59,490 nucleotides of DNA. Source: Deinococcales bacterium (lineage in GTDB: Bacteria > Deinococcota > Deinococci > Deinococcales > JAAFIG01). Below, one piece after another: positions 45,269 through 52,220 of this stretch; positions within the stretch are counted from its first letter, which is position 1; each line of letters starts with the position of its first letter. The notes under the pieces are model-generated. The model saw nothing but the letters and a program-made list of their open reading frames with translations, had not been told where the DNA came from and made no database searches. The stretch is from assembly GCA_013298185.1 (NCBI GenBank), contig JAAFJQ010000001.1:26272-85761 (forward strand), written 5' to 3'. The position numbers were made by a program, and so were the translations under genes.

Positions 45269-46971
45269 TGCGCTTCCTCCATCATATCAACATTGACGGC
45301 ATCACTGAACAATTCCAACTCGAGGTCATCACCAAAAAACCCCCAAGCCTGCCAGCTTTGTTCGACTCGCCGTACTTGCAAGCCTGTGGTTTGATCGGTC
45401 TCAAAGGCTTGCAATGTTCGTAAACCCAAATACTCGAGAACCGCCTCAGGTTCGCCCGCTTGCCCAGCCCGATCAATCAAGGTTGACAATAACGCTGGAA
45501 CTTGTTGCAGATAATCTTGTGCAGCTAACTGAGTGGTTTCTGAAAAACGTACCCTATCTAAACTGGCTTCTTGCCAGTTTTGTTTGTGGGTTGGCACACT
45601 CAAACTGAACTCAATGCGGCGTGGACGCAACAAACCAGTAATCAAATCAGCAAGCGACAACATACTGGGGGCATTCACCCCCAAAAGCGTTGGCATCGCC
45701 TCCGAAAGGGCTTTGATCGCATCAGCTTTGGTCGCCATCATCAGTGGCTCAAGCACTCCTGCAAATAAGTCGGGTAAATGCATCAGACGACGTGGTATGA
45801 ACGCCTGACGCTCCTGCTCTCGAAAAAACACACTGTGCGCCGTCATTAACACTTCGTGCAGGCGAAGGTGTCGATCAAAACAATCATCCATCAGATCGGC
45901 AATCAACGCCACCCTTTGTGCCTCGCGGCTTCCTTGTTCCAAATGCTCGAGTCGTTCGCGGGCTGAACTGATAATCTGTCGTTCAATCCGCAAACGCCCA
46001 GTGATATGTTCACGGGCTTCACGTAAATCTTGTGGTACAGCCTTGAGCCAATCTACACTCGAGATGTCACGTCGCGTTTCACGTAACAATCGTTCAATTT
46101 TTTCCTGCAATTGCTGAGAACGGAATTTTGCATCTCTGGCAGCCTGTACTGCTTCGTCAAAACGTCCTCGATCCAGTTGAGATTGCACCACAGCTTCAAT
46201 GGCTGCTTGTTCATCTTCGATTTCGAGATTCAGCGCTCCTAAAAAAAGATTGGCTGCCTCTTTGGAAAGCCGCAACACTGTACGCTCATCTGAAGCAAAG
46301 TGTTCTTCAATTAAACGTATCTCAAAGAACCGTTTCTTAGGAGGTGAATCGTTTAAATCCGTGTACTCGAGCTTGAAGGGTCGGCGAGCATCAGCATCGT
46401 TTCGCAATCGCCCCAACAAGCGCTCAAGGTACTGACGCTGATCGGTTGCTTTTGGTCTCGCATCTACCAGGTTATCCAGCCGATGCAACAATGGCTCAAG
46501 CGAGCGTATCACAGTGTTTTCGTCCACATCAGCGCCCAGACCAGTGGATTCAACGATTCGATCTAGCACCCGCATCGCCAAGGCAACAGAATCGTAATGT
46601 TGCGTGCTGATGTCTTCACGCAACATATCCCAACGCCGCAAATCAAGGATTGGTTCAGCGTGGAGTAACACGCGCAACCTTTTGGTCAGTTCCAGCGACC
46701 AGTCCAGAGCGCTCGGCTGGGCAGATGCACGAATCTGACGAAATAATCGCTCTTTTGCTTCAGGCGATGGCGGCTTTACTTTCTCCTCGAGAACCAAAGC
46801 TGCCCAAACTTCAGCATTATTGGCATACATACGACCACATGATTCGCAAGCTGAAACATGTCGCATGTACTGCTCTCGAGTCTCAGCATCAAAATGTCCT
46901 GAAGCCAGCGCCAACAGGGTAAATTCGTCCAAATGCTGGATGGTCATGGACGCATCAGAATGCAGAGTCAT
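45265..46971 (-). CDS. jetA: JetA/MksF-position subunit (putative kleisin) with an N-terminal zf-HC2-like motif; assignment by position
   Basis: 568 aa and first gene of the operon. The N-terminal 60 aa contain H38-x3-C42-x2-C45 (RHVSACESC) in an anti-sigma-like context. The remainder is helical and R/E/L-rich, and I saw no DUF3375 or DUF2397 motif. Confidence 0.45.
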   Translation of the reverse strand: MTLHSDASMTIQHLDEFTLLALASGHFDAETREQYMRHVSACESCGRMYANNAEVWAALVLEEKVKPPSPEAKERLFRQIRASAQPSALDWSLELTKRLRVLLHAEPILDLRRWDMLREDISTQHYDSVALAMRVLDRIVESTGLGADVDENTVIRSLEPLLHRLDNLVDARPKATDQRQYLERLLGRLRNDADARRPFKLEYTDLNDSPPKKRFFEIRLIEEHFASDERTVLRLSKEAANLFLGALNLEIEDEQAAIEAVVQSQLDRGRFDEAVQAARDAKFRSQQLQEKIERLLRETRRDISSVDWLKAVPQDLREAREHITGRLRIERQIISSARERLEHLEQGSREAQRVALIADLMDDCFDRHLRLHEVLMTAHSVFFREQERQAFIPRRLMHLPDLFAGVLEPLMMATKADAIKALSEAMPTLLGVNAPSMLSLADLITGLLRPRRIEFSLSVPTHKQNWQEASLDRVRFSETTQLAAQDYLQQVPALLSTLIDRAGQAGEPEAVLEYLGLRTLQAFETDQTTGLQVRRVEQSWQAWGFFGDDLELELFSDAVNVDMMEEAQ

Positions 46972-47048
46972 CGAAGTCCTTTTTTGGCTGCATCACCTGA
47001 CGCAACAATTGGGTGATCTTAACAAGTCGGCGCTTGACCAGACTCAAT

Positions 47049-47471
47049 TCAGTACCCATAACCAAGCTCTTGGGCTTCTTTAGAGAGTTTTCCCATGATC
47101 TCGAGACTTTTTTTGCGCTGCGCTTCTTTGTACCGTAGCGCATCCTCGAGCAGTACCCGCCGATGTGTGCCAACCATATGAAATGGCAATTTGCCTTCTT
47201 GCAAAAGTTGTACCACATAAGGACGGGAAACATTGAGCAATTCTGCTGTTTCAGCCGTGGTTAAATCGGATTCCTTACTTAGCACACTAACCTGTTTGCC
47301 ATTGGCAACTTGTGTGACCACCTCGAGCATGATTTGCAACACGTTTTTTGGCAAGGTGATTTGTTCAGAACCGATTTGCAATTGGGTGCTATATCCTTTG
47401 TGCTGTGCGAATAAACGACTTAGTTCTCGAGCTGCTTTGATGTCATTGGGTTTTAGGGTTTGAGAGTTCAT
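47049..47471 (-). CDS. Excisionase-type (HTH_17/MerR-like) DNA-binding protein, antitoxin-like
   Basis: LTTAETAELLNVSRPYVVQLLQEGKLPFHMVGTHRRVLLEDALRYK is the helix-turn-helix of the excisionase family. The ATG at 47471 is the likely start. It ends 77 nt upstream of jetA on the same strand. Confidence 0.7.
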   Translation of the reverse strand: MNSQTLKPNDIKAARELSRLFAQHKGYSTQLQIGSEQITLPKNVLQIMLEVVTQVANGKQVSVLSKESDLTTAETAELLNVSRPYVVQLLQEGKLPFHMVGTHRRVLLEDALRYKEAQRKKSLEIMGKLSKEAQELGYGY

Positions 47472-47594
47472 GCTTAGAGTGTAGTAAATAAGTGTAATAA
47501 ATGCAATAAACAAAACAGATTTTCAAGGCTCAATGTAGAGTACCTGATGCTTTTAGGCTCAAGGCTGCCAAACGCATTGTGGAAATCACAACGC

Positions 47595-47704
47595 CCCACC
47601 CATTCGGGTAGGGCGATTTTCCTATCCAATCAGGTGAGGTTGCAACTACTCAAAACCTTCAAAATACCTGCATCTCGAGAAGACTCGAGCAGGAGGAAAA
47701 CCCC
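47595..47704 (+). promoter_or_regulatory. Conserved structured leader, copy A (upstream of NTF2-like gene 1)
   Basis: It is about 91% identical to 48696-48804 right up to the ATG, while the downstream CDSs are highly diverged. Predicted hairpins are CCCACCC/GGGTAGGG, GAGGTT/AACCTT and CTCGAG-aaga-CTCGAG, adjacent to the AGGAGG RBS. Confidence 0.6.
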
Positions 47705-48127
47705 ATGAATAAACTTGCCAAAATCGTTTTCGCAACTCTCGCCCTGAGCATCAGCGCTCCAATCTTGCTCACCAGCACAATGGCGCAAACCACTGCCACA
47801 ACAGTTAGCACCGCCCCCACCGAAGTGATCGCCCGTTTTGTTAAGGCTTTGAACAGCAATGATGCCAAAGCCATCAAAGCCGCGTTTGCCCCCAATGCTT
47901 GGACGGCGTATGGTGAAAATGGTGCGCGTAAAACAGGTGATGCGTTCATGGTTTGGCTCGAGAGTGACATCATCCGCGTTAAAGGCAAACTCGAGGTGAG
48001 CAGCAAAACCGTTAGTGGCAACGCTGTGACTGTTCAAGGGCGTTACTCTTCGACGGGTTGGAGCGGCAATGCCAAGTATGTTTTTACGGTGCAGAATGGT
48101 TTGATTGCTTCTTGGTTACTACTCTAA
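47705..48127 (+). CDS. Secreted NTF2-fold (SnoaL-like) protein 1
   Basis: 140 aa with a signal peptide, then VIARFVKALNSNDAKAIKAAFAPNA.., typical of the first helix of SnoaL/NTF2-like domains. Confidence 0.5.
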   Translation: MNKLAKIVFATLALSISAPILLTSTMAQTTATTVSTAPTEVIARFVKALNSNDAKAIKAAFAPNAWTAYGENGARKTGDAFMVWLESDIIRVKGKLEVSSKTVSGNAVTVQGRYSSTGWSGNAKYVFTVQNGLIASWLLL

Positions 48128-48147
48128 AGGCTCGAGAGGTGCATCTT

Positions 48148-48537
48148 ATGAAATATATTGCTTTGCTTTTCGCCTTGCTGCTCGGAATCTCAAGCGCTCA
48201 GCAAAACAAACCCGCCGCCAAAGACATTCCTGCCGCTTACGTCAAAGCCGTAAGTGACAAGAACCTCGATGCTTTTGCCGCACTTTTTAACGAAGATGCA
48301 GTCTTTAACGACCTTGGCACAATCAACCGTGGACGCAGCGCGATTCGGGAATTTGGTGGGAAGATTGTTGATTTCCAAGGCAAGTATGTCACTCGAGAAG
48401 TGCTGGTCAATGGCGAGAGAATCACATGGTTGTTTAATTTCACAGGCGGCGGCGGCGGTTACCGTTTGCGTGGTCAGGGGGATTTTGTACTGAAGAACGG
48501 CTTGATTCAGAATTTAGTCATCCAATCACAGCGATAA
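48148..48537 (+). CDS. Secreted NTF2-fold (SnoaL-like) protein 2
   Basis: The ATG at 48148 follows GAGAGG. Signal peptide MKYIALLFALLLGISSA, then AYVKAVSDKNLDAFAALFNEDAVFND. Confidence 0.6.
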   Translation: MKYIALLFALLLGISSAQQNKPAAKDIPAAYVKAVSDKNLDAFAALFNEDAVFNDLGTINRGRSAIREFGGKIVDFQGKYVTREVLVNGERITWLFNFTGGGGGYRLRGQGDFVLKNGLIQNLVIQSQR

Positions 48538-48541
48538 AATT

Positions 48542-48592
48542 CAAAAAACGAGACTCGAGGGCAGTCATTCCACCCTCGAGTCTCGTTTTTTG
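48542..48592. terminator. Bidirectional terminator, 20-bp perfect inverted repeat
   Basis: CAAAAAACGAGACTCGAGGG-(11 nt)-CCCTCGAGTCTCGTTTTTTG. Confidence 0.85.
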
Positions 48593-48695
48593 AATGATGG
48601 AGGTCAAGAACGGTCTGAATGGGGTTCTTGCTACAGCACTGCAAACCAAGATTTTATTGTCTCGAGACTGATGGCTCATGGCTGTTGCAAGCTCA

Positions 48696-48804
48696 CCCAC
48701 CCATTTGGGTAGGGCGCTATTCCTATCCAATCAGGTGAGGTTACAACCACGTAAAACCTTCAAAATACCTGCATCTCGAGAGGACTCGAGCAGGAGGAAA
48801 CCCT
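48696..48804 (+). promoter_or_regulatory. Conserved structured leader, copy B (upstream of NTF2-like gene 3)
   Basis: See copy A. All of the roughly 10 differences fall in predicted loops or linkers and none in the three predicted stems. Confidence 0.6.
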
Positions 48805-49203
48805 ATGAAAAAAATGTTTGTTGGTCTGACCGTGTTCTTCGCCGCGCTTTTCGCTTTTGCCCAAGCTCAGAATGCCGTGCCAAACGATTTGCAAACCCTG
48901 ACCCGCAATTGGACAAGCACCATCAACAAAGCTGATTTAGACGGTTGGCTCGAGTTGCACAGTGAAAACATTGATTACGCCGATTACACTTGGTGGGTTG
49001 GTAAATCCCGCACTGAAATGCGTCGTTGGGGACAAGCGATTGTTGCTGCGAAGGGGCAGTTCACCATCACCAGCAGCCAAATACAAGGCGCGAACCTTGT
49101 TTGGATGCTCGAGTATAAGGATTCTGGTTTCTCAAATAAAAGTAAAGCTGTGGTGACGATGCAAAACGGCAAAATTAACAAACTTGTGATTGGCTCGAGG
49201 TGA
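48805..49203 (+). CDS. Secreted NTF2-fold protein 3
   Basis: 132 aa with a signal peptide, then LTRNWTSTINKADLDGWLELHSENIDY.., an NTF2/SnoaL-like pattern. Confidence 0.5.
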   Translation: MKKMFVGLTVFFAALFAFAQAQNAVPNDLQTLTRNWTSTINKADLDGWLELHSENIDYADYTWWVGKSRTEMRRWGQAIVAAKGQFTITSSQIQGANLVWMLEYKDSGFSNKSKAVVTMQNGKINKLVIGSR

Positions 49204-49207
49204 AATC

Positions 49208-49822
49208 ATGAATCCGCTTCGTTACCTTGCCGTGCTTGCCTTGCTGATTTGCACCGCAGTCCTCGCACAAAACAATGCTCGAGACCGCATTGTTTACCCC
49301 AATGACTTTCGCCGTACCATGAGTTTGTACACCACAATTGACCGGGCTGATGGCAAGGTTTACGAAATTTTTATCAACCGCACTGCCCTCGAGACTTGGC
49401 GAACCGAACGGCGCTTACCGCATGGCACGCAATTTGTGATTGAGTCGTTTAGCGCTGGGCGCAACGCCAATGGGCAACTGCTGCGCAATGCTCGAGGACG
49501 TTTGGTCAAAGGCGCTTCGGATAATGAAATTCATGTTTCCGAGAAACGCACCGATTGGACAGGCTCGGAGCAAATGACCACAGGCAATGTCTTTGGCACA
49601 CCCACACAAAACGGACGTTGGCGTATGGCTGCTTTCGATCCTCGAGATGGGCGCAGTGTGAGTGTGAATGTCGCCGAGTGCCATCAGTGCCATCAGGATG
49701 CACGGGCGGAGGATTTTATCCTCTCGAGGGGCTTATTGGATGGTTTTGCGCGTTCAAATCAGCCGAGTTACATTTCATTTTCTTGTGGTCAACGCGAGAT
49801 TTGTTTTGGTTCACTGCGTTAA
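49208..49822 (+). CDS. Cytochrome P460-family haem protein
   Basis: Signal peptide, then ..IVYPNDFRRTMSLYTTIDR..KVYEIFIN..A... and the haem c motif AECHQCH near the C-terminus. The ATG at 49208 lies 5 nt after the upstream stop. Confidence 0.7.
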   Translation: MNPLRYLAVLALLICTAVLAQNNARDRIVYPNDFRRTMSLYTTIDRADGKVYEIFINRTALETWRTERRLPHGTQFVIESFSAGRNANGQLLRNARGRLVKGASDNEIHVSEKRTDWTGSEQMTTGNVFGTPTQNGRWRMAAFDPRDGRSVSVNVAECHQCHQDARAEDFILSRGLLDGFARSNQPSYISFSCGQREICFGSLR

Positions 49823-50226
49823 AAACCAATTTAATTCACAAATTATTTGTGTTGTCTACACAGATTAAGTTTACGCCACCTTGCGTTTGCTCAAGGAGAA
49901 CGCAGGGAACTAAGGCTTCAAGGTGATGTGGTCAAAAGGCTTGTCTCAGAAACATACTTGCTCGAGAAGGGTGTTTACCCGCTTCAGTGGAAAACCCTTG
50001 ATTTCATTCGCAACATTGCCTTGCTGGTGGCAGGTGTGGTGGCATTGCTGGGAAGCGTGATGTGGTGGCGTTTATCGCGTGTGCCAAGACCGATTTTGTC
50101 AAAAGCTGTTTGATTGAATCCTCGAGGAGGGCTTTTTTATCCTGTTAAGAAGGTGTGATGCGCTGCTTGGCATTTGAGAATTTGGTTTTTGTTGTAAATA
50201 TTCTTTAGCCGCCTGATGGCAATATT

Positions 50227-50691
50227 TTAGCTCGAGTGACCCTTTATTGCATCATCACAAAAAATCGGCAACCAAATTTCAAAGTTGGGGTTGTTGGGGA
50301 AATCAGCATCATAACGTTCAAAGTCTGGACCATCGGCTCAAGCGTAACCAGATTGTGGTAGCCATTGTGCATAGATGTAAGTGAACACATCGGAAACACT
50401 ATTCAGATCGGCTTGAAAAATGGCGTATTTAGAGGCTGGAATCTGCCACACCTCTAAATCGGATGGGTTATCAAGGCTGCTTTCACCTGCCAAGTAACGC
50501 AGCACGCCCCTTGAACGGTCAAGTTGCATCACGCCGTAACTGACACCGGGTTCGGCTCGAGTAAAGTTCTTATTGGGTGTAGCAAAATACGTTTTCCATA
50601 ATTGCCCAATTTCAGGTGAACTCGGCGTGGTGTTGATTGCCAAGCCAACAATGCTCAGCGCGGGACTCGAGATGATACGAGGTACTTGCAT
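50227..50691 (-). pseudogene. GyrI-like small-molecule-binding domain gene interrupted by an in-frame TGA (50338-50340)
   Basis: 117 aa ending ..AQWLPQSGYA, then TGA, then in the same frame ADGPDFERYDADFPNNPNFEIWLPIF.., the canonical GyrI-like C-terminus. The total would be about 154 aa, the normal domain size. Confidence 0.6.
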
Positions 50692-50699
50692 ATTGACTC

Positions 50700-51050
50700 C
50701 TATACACGGCTTGAGATGGAAAACGGATTGCCTTCGGGGTCTTTGCCATTGCAGAAAGCAAAATTCTCGGTTTGCACAAGGCTGCCTAGTTTCACGCCTC
50801 GAGCTTCGATTTCGCGCTTTAAGGCTTTGACATCGTCGCTATGAAACACAATTTTCGTGGCAATCCGACGCGGTTTAGGCGCATCGGATTTGTGCAGTGC
50901 AATGGTGATGCTACCCGCATAAAATTCTTGCCATTCTTTAGGGTCGTCGGGACAAACTTTGGCTTGTAAACCAAGGGTTTTCTCGTAAAACGCGGCAACT
51001 CGAGCAATGTCGTTGACGAAAAGAACAATCCGACTGGCATTTAGTTTCAT
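50700..51050 (-). CDS. VOC/glyoxalase-family protein
   Basis: 116 aa with IVLFVNDIARVAAFYEKTLGL.. and ..DPEGNPF, typical of glyoxalase/bleomycin-resistance folds. Confidence 0.75.
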   Translation of the reverse strand: MKLNASRIVLFVNDIARVAAFYEKTLGLQAKVCPDDPKEWQEFYAGSITIALHKSDAPKPRRIATKIVFHSDDVKALKREIEARGVKLGSLVQTENFAFCNGKDPEGNPFSISSRV

Positions 51051-51277
51051 ACCTCGAGCCTAATGCTTTTGCATAGCTTAGCGCAAGGTTGTTTTTTTTG
51101 GCTTAAAAATATGATTCTAGGCTTTCTGACACGGCGTAGATATTCCCGAGATATCTGATTTTGATGCAAGCTCGAGAAACCATTGAACTGCTTCCTACCC
51201 AATAAGGAGGAATCATCACGAAAAACCTTCGTTTGTTTGTCAGAGCCGCTGTGTTGCTGATGATCTTGATTGAAGGG

Positions 51278-51889
51278 TCAATTCAACATTCGTTTCTGCA
51301 CACCAACAAATTCAGATAAAATCTCGAACCGTTCAAAGAGGTTTTTGGCTTCTAACACCCGTTGTCCGTCCATACCAGTTAAGCGCAGGTTAGCTGCAAC
51401 AAACGAGGCTTTTAAGAGCATGTCCTCGGGAACTTCGCTCGAGACGTCGCCAAATTTGGTTTGCATTCGGGTTAAGAATTTATCCAGCACATCGCGGGCA
51501 ATGGCTTTGGTCCATTGTGGGTTGCTTGGCTCGAGTGGCTCGAGTTTGGCTTCGGCGCAGGAGTACGGGTATTTGTCGTTGTTGATGTCTAAAATTCGTA
51601 CCCGTTCGCCGCCGACCACCAAAATATTGGCAGTGCCGTCGGGGTTGTAATCCACTTCGACCAAATGGGCAAGCGTAGCAACTCGAGCAATTCTGGCTTC
51701 GGGTTCACGGGTTGCACCGCCCATACCAGCAGGCGTGGTTGCGGGTAGAACGCACGGGATACCGAACGGTTCACGGGTTTGGCGGATTCTCCCAAGCAAT
51801 TCACGATAACGTGGTTCAAAAACATGCAGGGGGAGCGCCATGCCCGGTAGCAGGACGATTTCGCCGACCGGAAAAAGAGGTATCTCCAT
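51278..51889 (-). CDS. LON substrate-binding (Lon N-terminal) domain protein
   Basis: IPLFPVGEIVLLPGMALPLHVFEPRYRELL is the hallmark N-terminus of LON-N domain proteins; 203 aa. Confidence 0.8.
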   Translation of the reverse strand: MEIPLFPVGEIVLLPGMALPLHVFEPRYRELLGRIRQTREPFGIPCVLPATTPAGMGGATREPEARIARVATLAHLVEVDYNPDGTANILVVGGERVRILDINNDKYPYSCAEAKLEPLEPSNPQWTKAIARDVLDKFLTRMQTKFGDVSSEVPEDMLLKASFVAANLRLTGMDGQRVLEAKNLFERFEILSEFVGVQKRMLN

Positions 51890-52161
51890 GGGGCAAATGA
51901 TAGACCTTTGAAATCATGGTCAGCAATGACCTAGGACACAATTTGGAAACGTTTCCCTTTCGTTCTGCACACTTTGAATACGTTTTTCTTGTCAGCCAAC
52001 CCACAAAGCAATGGTACATGGGAATGCCAAATAAAGCGGATTTTGTTGTAATGGCAATGCTTCCAATCACTCAACTAAGGACAAACCTTATACAAAAAGG
52101 GCAGAGAAAAGAGAAAACAAGAAGCTGAGGGGCAAGATAAGCTCACCTTTTCACCCTCAAA

Positions 52162-52180
52162 GCTCATAGCTCATAGCTCA
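52162..52180. repeat. Tandem heptamer GCTCATA x2.7 (same unit as at 29665)
   Basis: gctcata gctcata gctca, in a spacer upstream of a membrane protein gene. Confidence 0.8.
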
Positions 52181-52220
52181 AAAGGACATTTCCCCAAACT
52201 TTAAGCTCGAGAATACAGCT

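Noticed and set aside
49847-50113. An 88-aa ORF downstream of the P460 gene, with one TM-like segment (IALLVAGVVALLGSVMWW).
   Set aside because: The start is ambiguous (possibly the GTG near 49927) and I recognised no family. It could be real, but I cannot support it.
50338-50340. Whether the in-frame TGA in the GyrI-like gene encodes selenocysteine or reflects UGA reassignment.
   Set aside because: Many well-supported genes here end in TGA (the ECF sigma gene, jetA, jetB, jetC). I saw no SECIS-like hairpin downstream, and the aligned position in this family is not a redox Cys.
51204-51319. A strong AAGGAGG followed by a 34-codon hydrophobic frame (..TKNLRLFVRAAVLLMILIEGSIQHSF..), a possible type I toxin-like peptide.
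   Set aside because: There is no ATG, GTG or TTG at a workable distance (only ATC), and the frame runs into the convergent 3' end of the Lon-N gene. The support is insufficient.
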